Notes: generated from the sequence alone by a model not told the origin. Counted from the stretch's first letter, positions 47,114 to 56,205 are shown. The stretch: 64,000 nucleotides of DNA from an uncultured Alphaproteobacteria bacterium (GCA_902512325.1 CABXIT010000001.1:8207-72206); one strand, 5' to 3'. A program made the numbers and translations.

Positions 47114-47956
47114 TTAAGAATTAAATATAAAATAAACACCAACAAAAAATATCACTGCTGAGATTATTCTAATTTTTTTTATTCTTTCACCTAGAAACAT
47201 AAAACTAATTAATGATGCCATAATTATACTAGACTCTCTAATAGAGGATACGTAGGCAATTGGTTGATGATTCATGCTCCATATAATTATACCATAAGCT
47301 GTAAACGACATAACAGAAGCAATTGTTATTAGCACAAATTGATTTAATTTTAATTTAAATAAACCACTTTTGTTTGTTAAATAAACATAACTAATAGTAA
47401 TCCACCCACCTAAAAAAAAATTCCAAACAATAAAACTAAATTCATTAACAGAACTTCTTACCCCTGCCCCATCTGAAAAAGTATAGAGAGCAATTATTAT
47501 GGAAACAAATAATGAAACAATCATTAGTTTGATATTTAATTTATTTTTATAATTTTCCTTTGTTAATAAAAGCAAACCAAAAACAACAATTCCTATTCCA
47601 ATGAAACCTTTTGTACTTATGTAATCTTGTAAAAAAATAACTGATAATAATGTAACAAAAACTGGAGCAAAACCTCTAAAGACAGGATAAATTATAGTTA
47701 TATCTCCTTTATTATACATACTTCCTAAAATTAAAAAATAAGCACTATGTAATAGAAGCGATAAAAATAAATAAAACCAAGTTATGCCTTCAGGAATAGG
47801 AACAAAAAATAAAATAGGAAAAAAGATTATGCTTTGTATTAGCATTTTCCAGGACATTGCAACTTGAGAATCCGTAATTGATTTAATTATAATATTCCAA
47901 CTTGCATGAAGTAATGCTGCAAATAGAATAAGTAAAAATATTGAAGTTTCGCTCAT
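47114..47956 (-). CDS. DMT-type membrane protein of the phn_DUF6 kind (copy 2)
   Basis: 280 aa, the same length and topology as 37753..38595. Shared blocks: LFAAL.HASW, YP..RG, DG.GVRS..EF, AYVSSIRE.S. Confidence 0.7.
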   Translation of the reverse strand: MSETSIFLLILFAALLHASWNIIIKSITDSQVAMSWKMLIQSIIFFPILFFVPIPEGITWFYLFLSLLLHSAYFLILGSMYNKGDITIIYPVFRGFAPVFVTLLSVIFLQDYISTKGFIGIGIVVFGLLLLTKENYKNKLNIKLMIVSLFVSIIIALYTFSDGAGVRSSVNEFSFIVWNFFLGGWITISYVYLTNKSGLFKLKLNQFVLITIASVMSFTAYGIIIWSMNHQPIAYVSSIRESSIIMASLISFMFLGERIKKIRIISAVIFFVGVYFIFNS

Positions 47957-47961
47957 TTTTT

Positions 47962-47992
47962 ATAAAAAAAATGGGGATGTAAACACCCCCAT
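47962..47992 (-). terminator. Rho-independent terminator after the phosphonate-binding-protein gene (minus strand)
   Basis: On the minus strand, an ATGGGG/CCCCAT stem with a 10-nt loop is followed by TTTTTTTTAT. Confidence 0.6.
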
Positions 47993-48015
47993 AATTATTT
48001 GTTTAAATTAAAGTT

Positions 48016-49059
48016 CTAACTTTTTGGCTCAGTTTTGCCATCGTATCTTTTCTTCCATTCAGCAACGATACGATCTTTATTCGCAGCAGCCCAAACAAAG
48101 TCATTATTAATTAACTTAGCCTGCACTTCATCATAAAAATCTGGAAGTTCAGGATCTTTGGTTACTTTTGATGAGTCAGCAATAATTGATTGTCTTTCGC
48201 CAAACAACTTCATCCCATCACCCAAAGTCCAATCCATTAATGTTTTAGCATCTTCAAGATTGTCTGTACCTTCCATTATAGCCACTACCTGCATTTCCCA
48301 ACCAATTCCTTCTTCAGGAATAATCATATCAATTGGTGCGCCAGCTTTGATAACTTTAATAGCTCTACCTGGCCAAGAAATACCAATCGCAAATTCACCT
48401 GAACCAGCTTGCTTACAAGGTTTTGAACCAGAGTGAGTATAAATACCAATATTTTCATGAAGGGCATCCATATATTCCCACGCTTTATCCTCACCCCATA
48501 TTTGCATCCAACTTGATGCATCTAAAAATCCTGTACCAGATGATGCGGGATTAGGCATAGAAATGTGACCTTTATAAATTGGATCGGTTAACTCTGCCCA
48601 AGTAGTAGGTTTGGGTAAACCATGTTTTTCTGCTTCAATTCTATTCCAACAAATACAACCTGCCCATCCATAGTTTCCTACCCAAGTAACTGGAGGTGTG
48701 GTATCGACATAACGTTGATCAATTGCATCCATTCCTTTTGGAGTATATTCAACAAACATACCTTCTGCTTCCATATTTAGCGCAACAGTTGCAGCCATTT
48801 CAAATAAGAAATCAGCTTGTGGATTATCTTTTTCAGCCATCATTTTAGCAGCCATTGTTCCTGTAGATTCACGAACTACATTAACTTTAATATCAGGATG
48901 TGCTTTTTGAAATTCATCCATATAATGTTTAAGATTATCTGCATCAGTACTTGAGTAAACTAAAAGTTCACCAGCATTAACTTGATGATTAAAAGCTAAT
49001 AATGATACAAATACTAAAACAGCACTTAATGATTTTATAGTTTTTTTTATTAAAAACAT
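48016..49059 (-). CDS. phnS: 2-aminoethylphosphonate-type ABC substrate-binding protein (PhnS-like, iron/polyamine SBP fold)
   Basis: 347 aa. Signal peptide and SBP_bac_1/6-like sequence. Divergent from the cognate ATPase and fused-permease genes inside the phosphonate island. Confidence 0.75.
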   Translation of the reverse strand: MFLIKKTIKSLSAVLVFVSLLAFNHQVNAGELLVYSSTDADNLKHYMDEFQKAHPDIKVNVVRESTGTMAAKMMAEKDNPQADFLFEMAATVALNMEAEGMFVEYTPKGMDAIDQRYVDTTPPVTWVGNYGWAGCICWNRIEAEKHGLPKPTTWAELTDPIYKGHISMPNPASSGTGFLDASSWMQIWGEDKAWEYMDALHENIGIYTHSGSKPCKQAGSGEFAIGISWPGRAIKVIKAGAPIDMIIPEEGIGWEMQVVAIMEGTDNLEDAKTLMDWTLGDGMKLFGERQSIIADSSKVTKDPELPDFYDEVQAKLINNDFVWAAANKDRIVAEWKKRYDGKTEPKS

Positions 49060-49224
49060 ATTAGTTCCTCCCTTAGTAATATTTTGAATATGTTAAACAA
49101 TTGTTTTAAATTGTTAACAGTTTTTAATAAATTATTATTTTAATATGAGTATAAGAAGATATAGTAATTTTAAAAATGGCTAAATACCGATATATTTTTA
49201 GTAATAAAAAAATGATAAAAATTA

Positions 49225-50286
49225 ATGGCATATCTTGAAGTAAAAGATTTATCTAAGTTCTTTGGTACTTTTCAAGCTATTAAAGATATTGAAATTGAAA
49301 TCAATGAAGGAGAGTTCGTTTGTTTTCTTGGACCTTCTGGATGCGGTAAGACAACTTTACTTCGTTGTATTGCAGGATTAGAAACTCAATCTTCAGGGTC
49401 TATAATTCAAAAAGAAAAAGATATTTCAATTGAGCCACCATCAAACAGAGATTTTGGAATAGTATTTCAAAGCTATGCACTTTTTCCTAACCTTTCAGTA
49501 TTTTCAAATATATCGTACGGTTTAATAAATAATAAATGGAAAAAAGAAGATATTAATAAAAGAGTAAATGAACTTCTTGAGTTAGTAAATTTACAAGAAC
49601 ATACATCTAAATACCCAAGTCAACTTTCAGGCGGAGAACAACAAAGAGTTGCACTAGCAAGAGCACTTGCTACTTCTCCAGGTTTGTTATTGTTAGATGA
49701 ACCTTTATCAGCATTGGATGCAAAGGTTAGGGTTTTTTTAAGAAAACAAATAAGAGATTTACAAAGAAAACTTGGTGTAACAACTATTATGGTTACGCAT
49801 GATCAAGAAGAGGCTCAAACAATGGCGGATAGGATTTTTGTAATGAAAGATGGAGAAATAATTCAATCTGGAACGCCAAAGGAAATTTATAATAAAGCTA
49901 ATTCCCCGTTTATTGCGTCTTTTATCGGAAGCATGAATTTTATTCCAGCATCAATTGATGCTTCTAAAAAAGTAAAATGTAATGATGTAGAGATTAACTG
50001 TGATATAGGAAGCTTTAGTGAAAATGATAACGTCCAATTAGCAATACGACCTGAAGAAATTCAGTTTCAACAAGAAAATCAAGATGATAATGTAGTGTCT
50101 GGCGTCATTAAAGAGATAGAATTTTTAGGTTCATTTCAAAGAGTATATTTTAAGACAAAAAACTTTTCTGATGAATTAATAATCGTTGACGTTCCAAGTT
50201 CTAATGCAAAGAAAATAAAAATGGATATTGATAATGAAATGAGTCTGTATTTTTCTAAAGAAGACGCTCGCATTTATTCTATCTGA
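49225..50286 (+). CDS. phnT: Phosphonate (AEP-type) ABC transporter ATP-binding protein
   Basis: 353 aa. Walker A GPSGCGKTT, signature LSGGEQQR, Walker B LLLDEP. Confidence 0.85.
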   Translation: MAYLEVKDLSKFFGTFQAIKDIEIEINEGEFVCFLGPSGCGKTTLLRCIAGLETQSSGSIIQKEKDISIEPPSNRDFGIVFQSYALFPNLSVFSNISYGLINNKWKKEDINKRVNELLELVNLQEHTSKYPSQLSGGEQQRVALARALATSPGLLLLDEPLSALDAKVRVFLRKQIRDLQRKLGVTTIMVTHDQEEAQTMADRIFVMKDGEIIQSGTPKEIYNKANSPFIASFIGSMNFIPASIDASKKVKCNDVEINCDIGSFSENDNVQLAIRPEEIQFQQENQDDNVVSGVIKEIEFLGSFQRVYFKTKNFSDELIIVDVPSSNAKKIKMDIDNEMSLYFSKEDARIYSI

Positions 50287-50294
50287 TTTAATTT

Positions 50295-51998
50295 ATGAAT
50301 TTATTTAAATTTGCTGATATTCGAAGAGGAAAAGACTCTAGTGATAGAGTGGGCCAATTTATGTTAGGTTCATATATTATTCTTTTTTTATTATTTTTAG
50401 TTTTACCTTTAGGGGCATTAATTTCTAAAAGTTTGGAAAATAAAGATGGGGAATTTATAGGTCTTGCAAATTACAGTTTATATCTTCAGGAACCTGCTTT
50501 ATTTCAATCTCTTTATAACAGTCTATTTGTTGCAATAATTTCTACTATTATAGTAGTCGTGTTAGCCTTTTTATTTGCTTACGCAATTACTAGAACTTGT
50601 ATGCCTTTTAAGGGTTTCTTTAAATTAGTAGCACTCATCCCTTTATTAAGCCCTTCAATTCTTGCAGCTATAGCCCTTGTCTATTGGTTTGGGAATCAAG
50701 GAGTTTTAAAAGAAATATTATTAGGAAAATCTATTTACGGGCCTATTGGTATTATTATGGCTTCTGTTTATTGGACCTTTCCACATGCACTGATTATTTT
50801 AACAACATCATTATCTTTATCAGACTCTCGCTTATATGAAGCGGCAGAAGTTTTAAAAACATCTAAACTCAGAGCATTTTTTACAATTACTATTCCAGGA
50901 GCAAGATACGGAATTATTAGTACCGCTTTTGTTATTTTTACACAAGTGTTTACCGATTTTGGTGTACCAAAAGTAATAGGTGGAAATTATAATGTATTAG
51001 CAACGGATATTTATAAAGAAGTAGTTGGCATGCAAAACTTTCAAATGGGAGCAGTCATATCTATGGTTTTATTAGTTCCTGCGATGATTGCCTTTTTTAT
51101 TGATCGATATTCGCGAAAAAAACAAATTTCTCTTCTCACATCAAGATCTGTTGTCTTTAAACCAAAGAAGCATTTTAAAGTAGATATGATAATGCTAGCC
51201 TTTTGTTCAGTATTAGCACTCATCATTATCTTGATGATAGGTATGGCGCAATACGGTGCAATCGTTAAGTTTTGGCCGTACAACTTAAACCTTACTCTAA
51301 AAAATTATAATTTTGAAGTAGCCGGACTAGGTTGGGATTCATTTTATAATTCGGTACGACTTGCTTTTTATGCAGCAATATTTGGTACCATTATTATATT
51401 TGTCGGGTCATACTTAATTGAAAAATTGCGCATAAATGAAGGCACAAGAAATGTTGTTCAATTTTTTGCTCTTATGCCAATGGCGGTGCCAGGACTTGTT
51501 TTAGGTTTAGCGTATATATTTTTCTTTAATGCAAAGGATAATCCTTTGAATTTTATATATGCAACTATGATTATTTTAGTCGTTAATACAATTGTGCACT
51601 TTTATACTGTGTCACATTTAACTGCTGTAACGGCCTTAAAGCAAATGGATAAGGAGTTTGAATCAGTTTCATTGTCCTTAAAAATTCCTATTTATAAAAT
51701 GTTTTGGCGTGTGACATTGCCTGTTTGTCTCCCGCCTATTTTTGATGTTTCTATTTATTTATTCGTAAATGCGATGACTACAGTGTCAGGAGTTATTTTT
51801 CTTTATTCTTATGATACTACTTTAGCGTCTGTATCCGCTATTCATCTTGATGAACAAGGAGAAGTTGCTAAAGCTGCTGCTATGGCTATGTTAATAGTTT
51901 ATGTTTCGGTTGCTGTTAGACTTACCCATACAATTATTACAAAAAAAGTATTGCGTAAAACTCAAGCGTGGCGATACAATATTCTTGATACTAAATAA
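50295..51998 (+). CDS. phnU: Phosphonate (AEP-type) ABC transporter permease, fused double permease
   Basis: 567 aa with two MetI-like halves, directly after the ATPase gene. Confidence 0.8.
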   Translation: MNLFKFADIRRGKDSSDRVGQFMLGSYIILFLLFLVLPLGALISKSLENKDGEFIGLANYSLYLQEPALFQSLYNSLFVAIISTIIVVVLAFLFAYAITRTCMPFKGFFKLVALIPLLSPSILAAIALVYWFGNQGVLKEILLGKSIYGPIGIIMASVYWTFPHALIILTTSLSLSDSRLYEAAEVLKTSKLRAFFTITIPGARYGIISTAFVIFTQVFTDFGVPKVIGGNYNVLATDIYKEVVGMQNFQMGAVISMVLLVPAMIAFFIDRYSRKKQISLLTSRSVVFKPKKHFKVDMIMLAFCSVLALIIILMIGMAQYGAIVKFWPYNLNLTLKNYNFEVAGLGWDSFYNSVRLAFYAAIFGTIIIFVGSYLIEKLRINEGTRNVVQFFALMPMAVPGLVLGLAYIFFFNAKDNPLNFIYATMIILVVNTIVHFYTVSHLTAVTALKQMDKEFESVSLSLKIPIYKMFWRVTLPVCLPPIFDVSIYLFVNAMTTVSGVIFLYSYDTTLASVSAIHLDEQGEVAKAAAMAMLIVYVSVAVRLTHTIITKKVLRKTQAWRYNILDTK

Positions 51999-52018
51999 TA
52001 TTAATACAAAATACTTTT

Positions 52019-52546
52019 ATGAATAAATTGGTATATGACTTTGTACAACCAAAAGATGTTAAGGGAAAAATTTTTCTTACGTGTTTTCCAGGAAGAAAAG
52101 GAACAGAAATTATTTTTAAGAAAAGTATGTTTTTAGAAGATTTAAATAACTTTAATAATCTAGGCTGTAATACTATTCTAAGCTTAATAGAAGATTCAGA
52201 GTTTGAAAAACTGTGTGATAAAAAAAACTTTGTTCGCTCCATATACACTAAAAATATAAAATGGATGCATATGCCTATTCAAGATTTAAAAGCACCTGAT
52301 CGTCAATTTAATGAAAAATGGGAAACAACAAAAGTTTTATTAAAAAATGATTTAATGGAAGAAAAAAATATTATTATTCATTGTATGGGGGGAAAGGGAC
52401 GTTCTGGAACTATCGCTGCGATTCTTTTGATTGAATTTGGTGAAGATAATAAAAAAGCAATAGAGATAGTTAGAGAAAAAAGAAAAGGTGCTATTGAAAC
52501 AGAGGAACAGGAAAAATTTATTTTAAATTATAATAGAATTAAATAA
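52019..52546 (+). CDS. Cysteine-dependent dual-specificity/CDKN3-like phosphatase
   Basis: 175 aa. The P-loop HCMGGKGRSGT (HCX5R[S/T]). It starts 20 nt after the permease gene on the same strand. Confidence 0.8.
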   Translation: MNKLVYDFVQPKDVKGKIFLTCFPGRKGTEIIFKKSMFLEDLNNFNNLGCNTILSLIEDSEFEKLCDKKNFVRSIYTKNIKWMHMPIQDLKAPDRQFNEKWETTKVLLKNDLMEEKNIIIHCMGGKGRSGTIAAILLIEFGEDNKKAIEIVREKRKGAIETEEQEKFILNYNRIK

Positions 52547-53591
52547 AAACACTTAAGTTAAAAATATTTTGAAGAACAAAAAGTAAAAACATCGAAATTA
52601 GCGCTGCAATAATTGGCAATGTAAACCAACCAATTGTAATCTTACCCGCTATAGACCACTGCACTTCTTTACCTCCTTTTAATAAACCAATCCCAATGAC
52701 AGCGCCAACCACAGCTTGAGAACTTGAAACAGGAACTAAAGGAATAGAAGGTAAATTGATAGATTGTAAAAAATTACTAATACCTTGAGAGGCAAATAAA
52801 AATAAAACAATAGAGTGTGAGATAACAACAATAAAAGCTGCAACAGGTGACATTTTTAATAAATCATTACCTACAGTGAACATAACTTTTTTAGAATATG
52901 TAAAAACACCAACAGCAATAGCTATACCCCCAAGTAAAAATAATTGCTCCTTTGAGCTAAAAACAAAAAAACTAGAAATTGAAATATCAGTAAAAGGTGA
53001 GATGGGAACAAATACACCCATCACATTGGCAATGTTATTTGCTCCTAAACTATAAGCACCAAAAGCTCCTGCTAATAAAAGAGCTGTTCTTGTGTATGCA
53101 TCTAATCGAAGAATATGTAATTTTCTTTTCAAAATAAATTTTTTTGTAAGTGTAAAAAAGCCCATTGCAATCAGTCCAGCAATAACTGGACATAATATCC
53201 ATGTTCCTAGAATGGTGATGAGAACTTTTATATTTGTTGCTGATCCAGTATATAAATTCCATCCAATAATGGCCCCAACAATTGCTTGAGTTGTAGAGAC
53301 AGGTAAACCAGCTTTTGTCATTAGGTAAACGGATATTCCAGCGGCAACACAAGCAGCAAAAGCACCGGGAAGCGCATTAATTTCACCAAGCTTACCTAAT
53401 GTCTCAGTGGTACCAGCACCACTAATGATGGCACCCAGTATAACAAAAATACTACAGACAATAGCAGCCGTTTTAAAATGCACCATTCGTGTTCCAACTG
53501 CTGTCCCAAAAACATTCGCGGCATCATTTGCTCCTAAAGACCAACCTAGAAATAATCCTCCTAAGAGAAAAATAATAATGGTTATGTCCAT
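52539..53591 (-). CDS. pit: Inorganic phosphate transporter, PiT family
   Basis: 350 aa. Duplicated signatures GANDAANVFGT/GLPVSTTQA and GANNIANVMG/PVSSSQA. Confidence 0.9.
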   Translation of the reverse strand: MDITIIIFLLGGLFLGWSLGANDAANVFGTAVGTRMVHFKTAAIVCSIFVILGAIISGAGTTETLGKLGEINALPGAFAACVAAGISVYLMTKAGLPVSTTQAIVGAIIGWNLYTGSATNIKVLITILGTWILCPVIAGLIAMGFFTLTKKFILKRKLHILRLDAYTRTALLLAGAFGAYSLGANNIANVMGVFVPISPFTDISISSFFVFSSKEQLFLLGGIAIAVGVFTYSKKVMFTVGNDLLKMSPVAAFIVVISHSIVLFLFASQGISNFLQSINLPSIPLVPVSSSQAVVGAVIGIGLLKGGKEVQWSIAGKITIGWFTLPIIAALISMFLLFVLQNIFNLSVFI

Positions 53592-53597
53592 TAATTG

Positions 53598-54260
53598 TTA
53601 AACTGATCGTTTAATTGCATAGATCTGAATTTCATCAGCAATATCTTCTGCTTGATCACAAATACGATCAATTTTTTCAACAAAATATCTTAGATGCATT
53701 TTTTGATCTAAAGGAAGTTCGGAATCAAAAATTCTACGAGCTAAAGCACTAAATTTTATATCTGATTCTTTTTCATAAAATGTCACTTTATGTCCGTTAT
53801 CGCGCACACTTTTAATATCACGAAAAAATGAACGCACAGTTAAGCATAATGCTTCTACACAATTAACAACAGTTTCAGTTAGCTCAATAAGGTCTTCATG
53901 AAACTCTTTTGGAAAAGCAGGTTTTTGAATAGAAAAGTGATAACAATTCCCTTGGTACATACCTATTAATTCATCCATATGTTCCAGTAAGCGCAAAACA
54001 TCACTTCGTGCATCAGGGATGAGCGTTTCCTCATATAATGTATGCTCTACTTCTTTTGTTATTTTATCTGCTTTACTCTCCATTTCTTTCACTTTTTCAA
54101 CCATTTCATCAAATTTACCGTTTGCAGAATGATTTAGATAAGTTGGTACAATGCTTTTAAATACCAATCCAACTTCTGAGAGAATATCAACAAATCCATC
54201 GATTTCTCGCTCAAGTTTTTTCGTATCACTAAATAAAGAGTTACTTTTTAATCCAAACAT
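53598..54260 (-). CDS. DUF47 (TIGR00153, PhoU-like) PiT accessory protein
   Basis: 220 aa helical protein immediately upstream of pit in the same operon, which is the classical pairing. Confidence 0.85.
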   Translation of the reverse strand: MFGLKSNSLFSDTKKLEREIDGFVDILSEVGLVFKSIVPTYLNHSANGKFDEMVEKVKEMESKADKITKEVEHTLYEETLIPDARSDVLRLLEHMDELIGMYQGNCYHFSIQKPAFPKEFHEDLIELTETVVNCVEALCLTVRSFFRDIKSVRDNGHKVTFYEKESDIKFSALARRIFDSELPLDQKMHLRYFVEKIDRICDQAEDIADEIQIYAIKRSV

Positions 54261-54386
54261 CGGGCGCTTATAGAACTTTTAACAAAAAAATAAAGCAATG
54301 TTAGAATTTTGTTACAAATTCATAGTTTTTTAAAATTTTGCTATATATAAAATTTAAAATTTTATAATTAATTATAGGGAGAAAAA

Positions 54387-54617
54387 ATGAATATTATTTC
54401 ATTAAATCAATTAAAATGGTTAAGCACAGGTTTAATTTTATTTGGAATTTTGCTGACAAATTTAAATTATTATCCATTAAATATTTTTAGTCATGGTCTC
54501 GGCGCTATTGGTTGGTCTGTTGCCGGATATATTACAAAGGATAAAGCATTATTAACCAATTTTGGATTGCAGTTACCGTTGTTTGCAATTGGTTATTATA
54601 ACTATTTTCTTATTTAA
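54387..54617 (+). CDS. Hypothetical small membrane protein (3 predicted TM segments)
   Basis: 76 aa. Hydrophobic segments, with GGGAG upstream of the ATG. No family recognised. Confidence 0.4.
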   Translation: MNIISLNQLKWLSTGLILFGILLTNLNYYPLNIFSHGLGAIGWSVAGYITKDKALLTNFGLQLPLFAIGYYNYFLI

Positions 54618-54669
54618 TAGTTTTCTTATTAATACTTGTATTAACATTAAATCTATTTAAGAAATCTCT

Positions 54670-55155
54670 ATGAAAAAATCATGGTATAAAAAAAAATCAT
54701 CACTACATGGCTCAGGGCTTTTTGCTAATTGTGATATAAAAAAAGGAGAGCAGGTTATTCAATACATTGGTGATAAGGTAACAAAAAAAGAAGGTGATAA
54801 AAGAGCTGATAAACAAATTAAAAAAGCACAAAAAAATAAAAAAAACGGCATGGTTTATGTTTTCGAGTTAAATAAAAAATATGATATTGATGGAGGTGTT
54901 GCTCGAAATTATGCCCGCTTCATTAATCATTCGTGTGATCCAAATTGCGAGGTTGAAATAACAAATAATGAAATTTGGATATCCTCAATAAAAAGAATAA
55001 ATAAATATACAGAATTAACCTATAATTATGGCTACCCATTTGATAGTGATTTTGAAGAGCATATTTGTAAATGTGGTTCTAAAAAATGTGTTGGTTATAT
55101 TCTAAGTGATGACGATTGGCCTAAGTTAAAAAAAGAATTAAAGAAAAAAAAATAA
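54670..55155 (+). CDS. SET-domain protein (putative lysine methyltransferase)
   Basis: 161 aa. GSGLFA, RFINHSCDPNC, ELTYNYG, post-SET CKCGSKKCVGY, and Lys-rich termini. Confidence 0.85.
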   Translation: MKKSWYKKKSSLHGSGLFANCDIKKGEQVIQYIGDKVTKKEGDKRADKQIKKAQKNKKNGMVYVFELNKKYDIDGGVARNYARFINHSCDPNCEVEITNNEIWISSIKRINKYTELTYNYGYPFDSDFEEHICKCGSKKCVGYILSDDDWPKLKKELKKKK

Positions 55156-55159
55156 TTTT

Positions 55160-56119
55160 CTAAAAACCATTTGGTATTAAAATATAATGTATTGCTAAAA
55201 CAATACCAACGGATACGGATAATCCAAAAATCATTTTTAAAAAATCTTTCCCAATTAAAGGAAAAACATATCGAAGTTTATATTCTTTATTCATAGTTGC
55301 TATTGCCAACTCTCTACCACATAATAAGCCGACAAAAACCCAAGTAGTTGACATTGGTATGTCATTATATTGTTTGAAATAAAGGAGTATAATTGCATAT
55401 ACAAAATCGATTATTGTTGCTGATCTTGTATAGCGTGTACCTGTTTTGGAGTAGACTACCTTTTGTATACGTCCACCTTTGTCCCAAAAAATATAAAAAA
55501 GAAGAACGCTCAATAACACAATGCATACTAATAATAAATTTAGAGGTAATTGACGTGGAAGAAAAACTGCAATGTTAGCTACATCGTGACTAAGCCATGT
55601 ATACCAAAGAAATCCTGTTGTTATCCATTGCCCTATAACCCATGCCTTTCGATGGTTATCTTTTACCTTATCAAATTTTTCATTAATAAAGTAACTGACA
55701 GCGATCCATACCAAATAGGCAACCATCGCAGCTAAGCCATAACCAACAACTGATTTCATTAAAACTTTTTCTAAGACAACAGTAGAAGCAAAAGCAGATA
55801 AGACTAAAAAGGTAGTGGAAACAGGTATCCCTCCCCTAGTTAGTAACACAAGAATTAAAGGGGCTGCTGCATGGTACCATTGAATAGTTTGATAGGGAAT
55901 TTTATTAAGACGGCCAAACGTAATATCACCATCATTTACATTCCATCCATAAATTAGAGTGAATGCAAGCACAGTAGACGCTGCTGTCGCTAACCAGTAC
56001 CATTTAAAACGTTGGTTAGAGGCAATAAAAGTTCCAAGTGTTTGAACTGAATCATTTGCGATAACTGAATACGCAGCAAGACTAAAACCAACTATTGTAT
56101 ATATTAAAGTTAGATCCAT
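55160..56119 (-). CDS. Divergent PiT-superfamily-like membrane protein
   Basis: 319 aa. An internal two-fold repeat carries degenerate PiT signatures: IANDSVQTLGT/GIPVSTTF and SHDVANIAVF/IPMSTTW. Confidence 0.5.
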   Translation of the reverse strand: MDLTLIYTIVGFSLAAYSVIANDSVQTLGTFIASNQRFKWYWLATAASTVLAFTLIYGWNVNDGDITFGRLNKIPYQTIQWYHAAAPLILVLLTRGGIPVSTTFLVLSAFASTVVLEKVLMKSVVGYGLAAMVAYLVWIAVSYFINEKFDKVKDNHRKAWVIGQWITTGFLWYTWLSHDVANIAVFLPRQLPLNLLLVCIVLLSVLLFYIFWDKGGRIQKVVYSKTGTRYTRSATIIDFVYAIILLYFKQYNDIPMSTTWVFVGLLCGRELAIATMNKEYKLRYVFPLIGKDFLKMIFGLSVSVGIVLAIHYILIPNGF

Positions 56120-56205
56120 TTACTTATTTTTAAACTCAATAGATTTTTAAAATAGATTTGGCTATTAAAAATTGTTTTAATTAATCTTAAATTTCGATTG
56201 TTTTA

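Noticed and set aside
53050-53601. Three short ORFs (53050..53352-, 53092..53289+, 53407..53601+) inside pit
   Set aside because: These are out-of-frame or antisense frames within the PiT gene, whose own frame carries both signature repeats.
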